A program made the translations under genes and the position numbers. The notes under the pieces were generated by a model, which was given only the letters and a program-made list of their open reading frames with translations, was not told the origin of the DNA and did not search any database. 64,000 nt of DNA, taken from positions 26,845 through 90,844 of the forward strand of contig CAZIRI010000001.1 in the NCBI GenBank assembly GCA_964541815.1, read 5' to 3'. This stretch comes from an uncultured Lachnospiraceae bacterium (GTDB lineage Bacteria > Bacillota > Clostridia > Christensenellales > UBA1242). This document shows positions 17,142-25,898 of the stretch, in pieces. The first letter of the stretch is position 1. Each line of letters opens with the position of its first letter.

Positions 17142-17170
17142 ATAATATCAACAAAAAAAATTTTTGTCAA
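17142..17170 (-). promoter_or_regulatory. candidate sigma-70 promoter for the TPM-paralog array
   Basis: On the minus strand: TTGACA (17170-17165), 17-nt spacer, TATTAT (17147-17142). A 7-bp leader hairpin gacaaaa/ttttgtc (17091-17115) follows, before the AGGAGG. Confidence 0.45.
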
Positions 17171-18748
17171 TCAACAATCAAAATTTTTTAATAATGATTC
17201 AGCAACTTTGATGCCGTCTTGTGCGCTTGACACAATTCCGCCCGCAAAACCTGCACCCTCACCAACTGGATAAATCCCCTTGATGTTGCACTCAAAATTT
17301 TCATCACGAACAATCGTGAGCGGGCAACTTGACCTTGATTCAACCGCCACAAGCAAGTTTGTGTCCTTTGAAAAACCATTCAATTTTTTGTCGAGAAGAG
17401 GCAAGCCCATTTTCAAACTTTCAACAACAAAATTTGGCAAACATTTTTCAAGTTTTGTGAAAGTCAGGTTTGGCAAATAAGAAAAATTTATGTCAGTTTT
17501 CACATCACCATGCCCCAAAAAACTTCCAACACTTTCCGCTGGTGCATTGAAATTTTTTCCGCCAATTTCAAAAGCCAATTTTTCAAATTTTTGTTGAAAC
17601 CAAACTCCCGCAAGCGGATGATTTGAGCCATAGTCTTCTGGCAAAACATTGACAAGCACAGCACTGTTTGCATTCTCCTTGTCACGAGCAAACAAACTCA
17701 TTCCATTTGTGACGACTTCACCGTCCTCAGAACTTGATGCAACAATTTCTCCACCAGGGCACATACAAAAAGTGAAAACCGCCCGCCCGTTTGGTAGGTG
17801 TGCAACCAATTTATAATCCGCATTTGGCAAGCCGTCAATTTTTTCTTTTCCATATTGACTCAAATTTATATCACTTTGTTTTTGCTCAATTCTCACACCC
17901 ATAGCAAAAGGTTTTTGTCGAATTTCAACACCTTTGTCATAAAGCAACTGAAAAACATCTCTTGCACTATGCCCAACACACAGCAAAACATTTTCGGTTT
18001 CAATTTCAAAGATTTTGTCATTTTCAACATTTTTCACATAAATTTTGCAAATTTTCCCGTTTTTTACATCAAAATTTTGCATTTTTGTTGAAAAGTAAAA
18101 TTTTCCGCCCAAAGAAATAATTTCTTCACGAATGTTTTTCACTACATTTTTCAACTTGTCACTGCCAATATGCGGTTTGCTTTGAAACAAGATTTCTTTT
18201 GGTGCCCCAAAGTGACACAACTCTTCAAGAACGATTTTGCAATAATCACTGTTCAAATTCGTGTTCAACTTCCCGTCACTAAATGTTCCCGCACCACCTT
18301 CACCAAACTGCACATTTGAAAATTTGTTCAACTTTCTTTCATTCCAAAAAGCAAGCACATCTTTTTCTCTCTCGTCAACCATTTTACCCTGTTCAACAAC
18401 AATCGGATTCAAGCCCATTCTGGCAAGAGCAAGCGCAGAAAACATTCCGCTGGGGCCAAAGCCCACAACAACAATATTTCCCTTTGCACTCTTTTTTTCA
18501 TAACTCAAATTCAAGTGCTTATTTTCAAATTTCAAAGACTTAAATTTGTCTTCCAAATTCCTTTTCAAAACAACACCAACATTTGCGACATATTTCACAT
18601 TTGGTTTCTTTCTTGCATCAATTGCAAGTCGCAAAAATTCAAAACTTTCAATATCGCAAACTCTTATTTTCATTTTTTTTGCCACCGTCTCACAAACATC
18701 ATCATTTGTGTATCGAACTGGCAAACTCAACTGCTCAACTTTTATCAT
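17171..18748 (-). CDS. FAD-dependent oxidoreductase (COG2509-type uncharacterised FAD-dependent dehydrogenase)
   Basis: Dinucleotide-binding motif VVVGFGPSGMFSALALARMGLNPIVVEQG and C-terminal YPVGEGAGFAGGIVSSAQDG. Start set at the ATG at 18748 (MIKVEQLSLP), which forms an ATGA overlap with the upstream stop. Confidence 0.8.
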   Translation of the reverse strand: MIKVEQLSLPVRYTNDDVCETVAKKMKIRVCDIESFEFLRLAIDARKKPNVKYVANVGVVLKRNLEDKFKSLKFENKHLNLSYEKKSAKGNIVVVGFGPSGMFSALALARMGLNPIVVEQGKMVDEREKDVLAFWNERKLNKFSNVQFGEGGAGTFSDGKLNTNLNSDYCKIVLEELCHFGAPKEILFQSKPHIGSDKLKNVVKNIREEIISLGGKFYFSTKMQNFDVKNGKICKIYVKNVENDKIFEIETENVLLCVGHSARDVFQLLYDKGVEIRQKPFAMGVRIEQKQSDINLSQYGKEKIDGLPNADYKLVAHLPNGRAVFTFCMCPGGEIVASSSEDGEVVTNGMSLFARDKENANSAVLVNVLPEDYGSNHPLAGVWFQQKFEKLAFEIGGKNFNAPAESVGSFLGHGDVKTDINFSYLPNLTFTKLEKCLPNFVVESLKMGLPLLDKKLNGFSKDTNLLVAVESRSSCPLTIVRDENFECNIKGIYPVGEGAGFAGGIVSSAQDGIKVAESLLKNFDC

Positions 18749-19890
18749 AATCTCTCCCCCACAATACGACCAGATGTCCACGCCCACTGCAAATTATATC
18801 CCCCGCAAACACCGTCAACATCCACAATTTCTCCACAGAAAAACAAATTTTTGTGATTCAAACTCATCAAATTTTCGTCCAGACACGAGAGTTTCACTCC
18901 GCCCGAAAAAACTTGATTATTTTCACCACAACCCAGCACATCAAAATTCAAGTTTTTGATAATATTTGCCAATTCTTTCAACTCAATATCAGTCATTTTA
19001 TTTACAAATTTGTTTGTGTCGATATGTGACCGCTTAAAAATTTCGTCCGCAACAACATTTTGAAACACCCCAACAAAGAATTTATCAACTTTCACATTCA
19101 AACCCCTTCTTTTTTTCAACTTTTCAAACAAGATTTCATAAGGAATTTCAGGCAATAAATCAATCGAAATTTTTCCACAAAAATTGTGTCCACGGGAAAA
19201 CAAAGTTGATAAGTTAAAAACAACAATTCCGCTCAACCCATTTTCACGAAAAAGAACTTCGCCAACTTCACTTTTTGATTTTCCATCAAAATTTGTCGCT
19301 GTCACCACAACATTTGAAATACGAACCCCATTCAACTCTTTTGAAACATTTGCTTTGAGTGAAACCAAACTTGGCGAAGCGTTCGCAATCTCAACATTCA
19401 AATTTTCAAGCAAATTTGTCGAATTTCCACCCGTCGCAACAACCAACTTCAAGCACTCATATTCATCTTTTGAAGTTTTCACACAATATCCATTGCCCTT
19501 ACAAGAAATTTTTTCAATTTTTTCATCCAAAAACAAAGAAATATCTTTATCTAATCCCAAATTCAACACATCAACGACCGACTTTGCCGAATTTGAAATT
19601 GGATAAACCCTTTTTTCGTCATCCGCAAACCATTCAAGTCCCAAATTTTCAAAAAAATGCAAGGTGTCCGTAGCCCCAAATTTAGACAGAAATTTGTCAA
19701 TATTATGATTGAAAAAAGACGAATACATGTTCAAATTCGTAAGATTACATCTCCCATTGCCAGTCGCAAGAATCTTTTTTGCAAATTTCCCACAACAATC
19801 AATCATTGCAACACTGCCACTTTTTGCCGTCAAAGCACACATCGCTCCGCTTGCACCACAACCCAAAATAATCACATCAAAATATTTCAT
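18745..19890 (-). CDS. HI0933/BaiN-like flavoprotein (aminoacetone-oxidase family FAD-binding enzyme)
   Basis: MKYFDVIILGCGASGAMCA...TGNGRCNLTN...C-terminal FFCGEIVDVDGVCGGYNLQWAWTSG. Start at 19890, preceded by GGAGAG. Confidence 0.8.
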   Translation of the reverse strand: MKYFDVIILGCGASGAMCALTAKSGSVAMIDCCGKFAKKILATGNGRCNLTNLNMYSSFFNHNIDKFLSKFGATDTLHFFENLGLEWFADDEKRVYPISNSAKSVVDVLNLGLDKDISLFLDEKIEKISCKGNGYCVKTSKDEYECLKLVVATGGNSTNLLENLNVEIANASPSLVSLKANVSKELNGVRISNVVVTATNFDGKSKSEVGEVLFRENGLSGIVVFNLSTLFSRGHNFCGKISIDLLPEIPYEILFEKLKKRRGLNVKVDKFFVGVFQNVVADEIFKRSHIDTNKFVNKMTDIELKELANIIKNLNFDVLGCGENNQVFSGGVKLSCLDENLMSLNHKNLFFCGEIVDVDGVCGGYNLQWAWTSGRIVGERL

Positions 19891-20115
19891 TTTTCTCTCC
19901 ACAAGTCATTATATCACACTTTTTCAATTTTTCAAAGAAAATATAAAATCAAAACATAACTAAAAAATTATATTAAAAATATTAAAAATTCGATAAATAA
20001 TGAGAGAAAAATATATATAAATTCATTTTTTTTGCAATTTTTTCAATATTTTTTATCATTTTTTACATTCACAAAATTTTTAAGATAGCATAAAATGATT
20101 TTGGAGTATTCACGA

Positions 20116-20874
20116 ATGACAACAATTTCACTGACAATTTTTGCATTTTTATTCCCTTTTTGCATGACAGCACTAGGCGCATTTCTTTCTCTCACAATAA
20201 ACAAAAACTCAACTCTCGCAAGCATTGTTGCAACAGGACTTTCCGCTGGAATTATGTTGTCAGCGTCAATATGGTCATTGCTGTTGCCCGCCATAAATCA
20301 ATCAAAAAGCATTTTTGAGCAGGCGCAATTTGTGCCAATTTTGTGCGGATTTGCATTTGGTGGAATTTTTATGATTCTTATGAACATCTTTTGCGACAAA
20401 ATCTTCAAAAACAACAATCGAAACAAGTCGCCATACACAATTTTCACCGCAGTCACCATACATAATATTCCAGAAGGACTTGCAATCGGCTTCACTCTTG
20501 GCTCCGCAATCGCCACACAATCTCAATTTTTGGGAGCGGTTTCAATTATACTTGGGATAGGAATACAAAACTTGCCAGAGGGGCTTGCAACTGCAATAAC
20601 AATGCAAAATTGCATGAAAACACGCAAAAAATCAATTTTTTTAGGAATTTTAAGCGGAATTGTTGAGCCAATTTTTGCAATTATCGGATTTTTGTCCGCT
20701 TCCCACATCTCTTTTGCACTCCCGTGGCTACTCTCTTTTGCAAGCGGAACAATGATATTTGTTGTCATTGAAGAACTTATGCCTCAACTATGCGAAAACA
20801 AAGGAAACTCTCTCGGCACAATCTCTTTTCTTGTTGGATTTTTGGGGATAACTCTTCTTGAAACATTTTTATAA
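20116..20874 (+). CDS. zupT: ZIP-family divalent metal (zinc) transporter
   Basis: HNIPEGLAIG and GIGIQNLPEGLA motifs in a multi-TM protein. Start moved to the ATG at 20116 (MTTISLTIF...), after TGGAG. Confidence 0.8.
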   Translation: MTTISLTIFAFLFPFCMTALGAFLSLTINKNSTLASIVATGLSAGIMLSASIWSLLLPAINQSKSIFEQAQFVPILCGFAFGGIFMILMNIFCDKIFKNNNRNKSPYTIFTAVTIHNIPEGLAIGFTLGSAIATQSQFLGAVSIILGIGIQNLPEGLATAITMQNCMKTRKKSIFLGILSGIVEPIFAIIGFLSASHISFALPWLLSFASGTMIFVVIEELMPQLCENKGNSLGTISFLVGFLGITLLETFL

Positions 20875-20980
20875 AGAAAAAATATAAGAGAAACTATTTA
20901 TAATATCTAAAATAATGGGAAAGAAATAAATCTAAAAATTATGTAAAAATTCAAAAAAATATGAAAAAACATGTTTTTTT

Positions 20981-21011
20981 ATAAAAAATCTGCAATTTTT
21001 GGGGTTGCAGA
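20981..21011 (-). terminator. rho-independent terminator after uvrC
   Basis: Stem tctgcaa/ttgcaga (20989-20995 / 21005-21011), followed by a T-run on the minus strand. It directly abuts the uvrC stop. Confidence 0.55.
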
Positions 21012-21013
21012 CT

Positions 21014-22831
21014 TTATTTTTCATTTTCAAAGTATTTTTTTATGTCAATCGCAAGTGCTTCATGTATGCCCTTGACCAAAGACAATTCTTCAACGCTTGC
21101 CTTTTTGATATTTTCAGTTGTGCCAAAGGCTTTGAGCAAATTTTGAATCTTTGTTTTTCCAAGTCCTTGAATATTTTCAAGTTCGGACGCAGTTTGATTT
21201 TTCACACGAAGTTGTCGATGAAAAGTTATGGCAAAACGATGCGCCTCATCTCTTGCCCTCTGCAAAAGTTTAAGTTCCGCACTCCCCGCTTTCAAAATTT
21301 TTGGCTCTTGTTGCCCGACAACAAAAACTTCTTCCTCTCTTTTTGCAAGAGAAACAATTTCAATGTCGTTTTCAAGGTGAAAGTTTTGCAAAATCTCATA
21401 GCAAGATGAAAGTTGCCCCTTTCCACCATCGATAACGAGCAAATTTGGTTTTTCTTTGAAACTCTCCCCGTTTTTGTCGAGCAATCGTTGAAATCTTCGA
21501 GTTAATGTTTCTTTCAGACACTCAAAATCGTTATTCCCCTCAACAGTTTTGATTTTGAATTTTCGATATTGTTTTTTGCTGGCAATTCCATTCTCAAACA
21601 CAACCATTGACGCAACTTTGTTCGTTCCGCTTATGTGTGAGATGTCATAGCATTCAATGCGGGTTGGAAGATTTTTGAGTGATAAACTTTCTTGCAGTTG
21701 TCGCATTGCCCCAATACTTGTATTGTAGAGAATTTTCTCTCGCCCAATATGCTTTTCAAGGTGTTCTTGTGCATTTTCTTTCGCCATATTCAAAAGCGTC
21801 GAATTGACGCCATGCGGATTTGTGATTGCTTTGACGGATTTGTTTAGATATTCCCCCAAAAGTGACGAATCAATTTCATGACTCAACACAATTTCATGTG
21901 GCACAATCATTTTTGAATAATATTCCACAACAAAATTGAACAGCGTTTCACTCTCTTCAAGTTCGGCATCGTTTTGTGAAAAGTTTGCAATCCCAAGAAT
22001 TTTGCCCCCTCGCACAATCATCACCGTGACAACTCCCGAAAGTCCGTCCGTGCAGTATGCAAAGACATCTTTGTCAACATCTTTTGACAAGTTTGCAACA
22101 ACTTTTTGTTTTAGGGTGTTTATCATTTTAAGTGCATTTCGAAGTTCAATCGCCCGTTCAAAATTTTCAAGATTTGAAGCAATTTCCATTTTCTTCCGCA
22201 AAATATCTTCAATCTCTTCATCGTTCCCATTCAAAAAGCGGACAACTTTTTTCAATTCTTCTTGATATTCTTCTTTGGTCACTCTCCCCGTGCATGGGGC
22301 AAGACATAAGTCAAGAGAGAAATTCAAACACTCCCGAGGCAATTTCTTTTTTGCTGAAATTTTATGCGAGCATGTGCGAAGTCTGAATGCCATGTTGATT
22401 GATTTGAGCAGTTCTTGCGGAGAAATTCCTGCAATGTATGGTCCAAAATATTTCACCCCGTCTTCTTTTTTGACTTTTCTCACAATTTCAAGTCGTGGGA
22501 ATTCTTCTTTCATGTCAATCTTTATATATGGAAACATTTTTCCGTCTTTAAGCAAGATGTTGTAAAATGGTTGATGTTTGTGAATTAGATTGCTTTCAAG
22601 TGCCAAAGCGTCAAGTTCCGACATGGCGATAAAATAATCAAAATCGTCAATATTGTTCACCATGGCTTGAACTTTGCTGGGTTTTGGGCTGTTGCGGAAA
22701 TATTGCGACACTCTGTTTTTGAGATTTTTCGCCTTTCCTATGTATATAATCTCCCCACTTTTGTCACGCATGACATACACCCCTGGTTTTGTGGTCAAAG
22801 TCTTCAATTTCGCTTTAATTTTCTCATTCAT
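21014..22831 (-). CDS. uvrC: excinuclease ABC subunit C
   Basis: N-terminal GIY-YIG (PGVYVMRDKSGEIIYIGKAKNLKNRVSQYF), a UVR domain, an Endo-V-like domain and a C-terminal (HhH)2 (LENIQGLGKTKIQNLLKAFG). Confidence 0.95.
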   Translation of the reverse strand: MNEKIKAKLKTLTTKPGVYVMRDKSGEIIYIGKAKNLKNRVSQYFRNSPKPSKVQAMVNNIDDFDYFIAMSELDALALESNLIHKHQPFYNILLKDGKMFPYIKIDMKEEFPRLEIVRKVKKEDGVKYFGPYIAGISPQELLKSINMAFRLRTCSHKISAKKKLPRECLNFSLDLCLAPCTGRVTKEEYQEELKKVVRFLNGNDEEIEDILRKKMEIASNLENFERAIELRNALKMINTLKQKVVANLSKDVDKDVFAYCTDGLSGVVTVMIVRGGKILGIANFSQNDAELEESETLFNFVVEYYSKMIVPHEIVLSHEIDSSLLGEYLNKSVKAITNPHGVNSTLLNMAKENAQEHLEKHIGREKILYNTSIGAMRQLQESLSLKNLPTRIECYDISHISGTNKVASMVVFENGIASKKQYRKFKIKTVEGNNDFECLKETLTRRFQRLLDKNGESFKEKPNLLVIDGGKGQLSSCYEILQNFHLENDIEIVSLAKREEEVFVVGQQEPKILKAGSAELKLLQRARDEAHRFAITFHRQLRVKNQTASELENIQGLGKTKIQNLLKAFGTTENIKKASVEELSLVKGIHEALAIDIKKYFENEK

Positions 22832-22980
22832 AGTTTTATTTTATCACTTTTTGCGAAAGAAAACAAAGTCTTGGGCAAAATTTTTGGCTTGATTTGGTGT
22901 TTTTTTGGACTTTTTGTTGTTTTTTAAGATTTTATTTGTTATAATTGAAGAAAATATTAGATATATAAGGAGTTTGTCTT

Positions 22981-25848
22981 ATGCAAAGCATGATGTTAAG
23001 TTTCTTGGGCGGAATTGCTGATTCAATTGTCAATTCAATCAAAAACTTGTTCCTAGAACTTGTGAGTCTCATCCCAAAAGTTATGTATCTTTTGTATGCG
23101 TCTGTCGCTTGTGTTTTGGACGCAATGCAACTCTTTTTCCGTAAACTTGCGGGACTTGATGTGTATTATGTTGGCGGCACGGCAACGCAGGGCGACTTGG
23201 TGACAAACTTTATCACTGGCATTTTGGGTATAAATGGAAACAACTCCATGTATCCCGCACTGTCGACTGTGTTTTGGTCAATGTTGATTTTTGGTGTTGT
23301 TTTGGCGCTGGGTTCAACATTCGTTGCTCTCATTCGAGCACATTATTCCTATGATGAAAAAGCCGCAAAAGCAGGCCCAATGCAATATGTCTACACGGGT
23401 GTCAAGGCGATCGTGAACATGGTCTGCACACCAATTATCATTGTTCTTGCTCTGTGGGTTTCGACTGCGCTTTTGACCGCTCTCGACTCAATCACAATCA
23501 CGACAAGTGGAAATGTTGTTTCAACTTTCGGCTCTGGCTCAACTCAATATCTCAAATCGGCAAAAGACAAATCGGGGACGGAAACATATATTGCCTATGA
23601 CATGTTTGGATATTCAATCATGTATGAAGAAAATGACGAAGCATTCGCAAAAGTCGCCGCCAAGACGGAGACCTTTTCGGGTTCAATGTTCAGGGCCTGC
23701 GCCTATCAGGCAAATCGTGCAAGAAACAACGACTTCTTTGTTGTCAACACGGCTGGCATAAAGAGTGTCAGCGATTTGCCAGGAAAGGATACAATTTTTG
23801 TAAATTATACAAAATTTGACCCCACGAAATATAATTCGGAAGAAGCCTATCTTGCGGACATGATTGACACCGCATTTGCATGCAGTGTGCATTTGAAAGA
23901 TGAAGTGAATGTGAATTACAGCACAATCATTCCACTTTGGGATGTGGGAAACATTTCAGGATTTTCAAAGTTTGACATCGGCACAGTTTGGGTCTATTAT
24001 GATCTATGGAAATTCAACTTCATCATCGGCTTTGCGGGAGTTATCACATGTGTGACGCTGTTCTTAAACATCATTCTCGGGTTGATTCAGCGTATCTTCA
24101 TGTGCGTCATTTTGTTCTTGATTCAAGCACCACTCTTTGCGATTGCTCCGCTCGACAACGGAAAGGCCGCCAAGGGCTGGTTTGAACAATTCAGAAGCCA
24201 ACTTCTCATGGCATTCGGTGCCGTGGTGGGCATGAACTTGATGCTTATGCTGTTGCCGTATCTGACAGACATCAGTTTCTTCAACATTGAAATTGTAGAC
24301 TATCTCATAAACACAATCATTGTCATCGCTGCTCTTGTTTCGGTCAAGGCAGTCATTGCGACATTGTCAAAAATTATTGGTGGTGCTGATGCACAAGATG
24401 TGGGAAGCAAAATGGCTGGTGATGTGGCATCCACAGCAGGAAAGGCAACAAAACTCACAATGGCAAGCGCAAAAGTCGGCATGAAAGCAGTCGGAGTCGC
24501 AGCAAAACCATTGCAATTCGCAGGTGGAGCAATTGACGGAGCAACAGGCAATCATTTTGCAGGTGCAAAAGATAGAGCAAAGGATGCAATTCTCGGTAAA
24601 ACAAATGAAGACGAGGTAAACAAGAATTTCCGTTACGATGAGGCAACCAAAAAATATTATAAGAAAGATGCCTATGGACATGAGGTTGAATCATCTACTG
24701 CCGAATATGAAGCCGCTCTAAAGGCGAGATCTGGCGGACTTAAAGGCATGGGAACAAATCTCAAAAATGCTTGGGCTGACCCTGCTGCTGCAGGTCGTGC
24801 TGCAGGCGGACAAGTCGCCCTAGAAGTGGAAAAGACCCGTATGGCACTTGCTGACTTACAAGATGCAAGATATGATCCAGAAAAAATGAAAGAACGCCAA
24901 CAAAATAAGAAGAGAAAGCATAGGGAAGCAAGGAATTCCGCTGACAACACAACATGGTTGGGCAGAAAAAAGAAAAATTACCACGCCAAGAGAGTTGCTG
25001 ATTTCGGAAGTGATGCGTCTATTGGCAATTTCGGCACACATTTTGGCAAGTTCGCCCTTGCCCTTGGACAAGATACACAGAGCAGAATTGATAAAGCAAC
25101 AGAGCGACAAAAGAAAAGAAATAAAAAAATAAATGATCACTTAGTTGGAATGGATGGAAGCAATTTCTTAAAGTCTAGATATCATAAGTGGAGATATCAT
25201 AAGTGGCAAGGCAAAACATGGGATGGAAAAGACACAAATGACGAAGAAAAGTATGATACAAGCCTCTATAAAGCAAAAGAGGCAACCGATAAAATTGGTG
25301 AACGGGGAATTATTAATCATGTTAAACATCCAATCACATCTGTGTCAGAAAAATACTATAAACATGAAGAAAGGAAATACAAAGCAGATAAAGATGAGGA
25401 AGGAAATTTCTCAGCAAAAAAAAGATATCAAAAGAATATCGACAATCAATCAACCTACACAGAAAAACAAAAAGAAAATCTCTCTGGTGCATATCAAAAG
25501 AAATACTTTGATGCAGAAGGGAACAGAACAAAAGACAAACTTGGTATCGAGCGTGGTCTTGCGGGGACATTCAAGTTTGTTGGTGCAAATGTTGTGTTTG
25601 ACAGTTTCGCTCAAGATTCTCTCAAGAAATTCCTTGAAGAGTCTGACATAAAGCCAAAACCTCGTCACGACGAAGCCACAGCAAGCAACACAAAATCAAT
25701 TGTTGACGAACTCAAAAAATTGAACAAAGCAAACAGTTCAGGTGCGAGTGAAGCAAACAATGAAGCAATCTTGCAAGCACTTCAAGAAATCAAAGAAGCC
25801 CTTGCAAAGAAAGAAGATGGCGGTGGCAGTGGAAAAGGCACTCCATAG
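22981..25848 (+). CDS. large polytopic membrane protein with a long Lys-rich hydrophilic C-terminal half; function unknown
   Basis: At least 7 hydrophobic segments in the first ~465 aa, e.g. FNFIIGFAGVITCVTLFLNIILGLIQRIFMCVILFLIQAPLFAI. There is a ~175-aa loop between segments 3 and 4. About 490 aa of K/E/A/G-rich sequence follows. AAGGAG precedes the ATG. I recognise no catalytic motif. Confidence 0.75.
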   Translation: MQSMMLSFLGGIADSIVNSIKNLFLELVSLIPKVMYLLYASVACVLDAMQLFFRKLAGLDVYYVGGTATQGDLVTNFITGILGINGNNSMYPALSTVFWSMLIFGVVLALGSTFVALIRAHYSYDEKAAKAGPMQYVYTGVKAIVNMVCTPIIIVLALWVSTALLTALDSITITTSGNVVSTFGSGSTQYLKSAKDKSGTETYIAYDMFGYSIMYEENDEAFAKVAAKTETFSGSMFRACAYQANRARNNDFFVVNTAGIKSVSDLPGKDTIFVNYTKFDPTKYNSEEAYLADMIDTAFACSVHLKDEVNVNYSTIIPLWDVGNISGFSKFDIGTVWVYYDLWKFNFIIGFAGVITCVTLFLNIILGLIQRIFMCVILFLIQAPLFAIAPLDNGKAAKGWFEQFRSQLLMAFGAVVGMNLMLMLLPYLTDISFFNIEIVDYLINTIIVIAALVSVKAVIATLSKIIGGADAQDVGSKMAGDVASTAGKATKLTMASAKVGMKAVGVAAKPLQFAGGAIDGATGNHFAGAKDRAKDAILGKTNEDEVNKNFRYDEATKKYYKKDAYGHEVESSTAEYEAALKARSGGLKGMGTNLKNAWADPAAAGRAAGGQVALEVEKTRMALADLQDARYDPEKMKERQQNKKRKHREARNSADNTTWLGRKKKNYHAKRVADFGSDASIGNFGTHFGKFALALGQDTQSRIDKATERQKKRNKKINDHLVGMDGSNFLKSRYHKWRYHKWQGKTWDGKDTNDEEKYDTSLYKAKEATDKIGERGIINHVKHPITSVSEKYYKHEERKYKADKDEEGNFSAKKRYQKNIDNQSTYTEKQKENLSGAYQKKYFDAEGNRTKDKLGIERGLAGTFKFVGANVVFDSFAQDSLKKFLEESDIKPKPRHDEATASNTKSIVDELKKLNKANSSGASEANNEAILQALQEIKEALAKKEDGGGSGKGTP

Positions 25849-25854
25849 CACATC

Positions 25855-25888
25855 AAAAAACTCTATCAACAAAAGATAGAGTTTTTTC
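25855..25888. terminator. bidirectional rho-independent terminator
   Basis: aaaaaaCTCTATCaacaaaaGATAGAGtttttt, between convergent genes. Confidence 0.7.
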
Positions 25889-25898
25889 TTTGTGAAAA

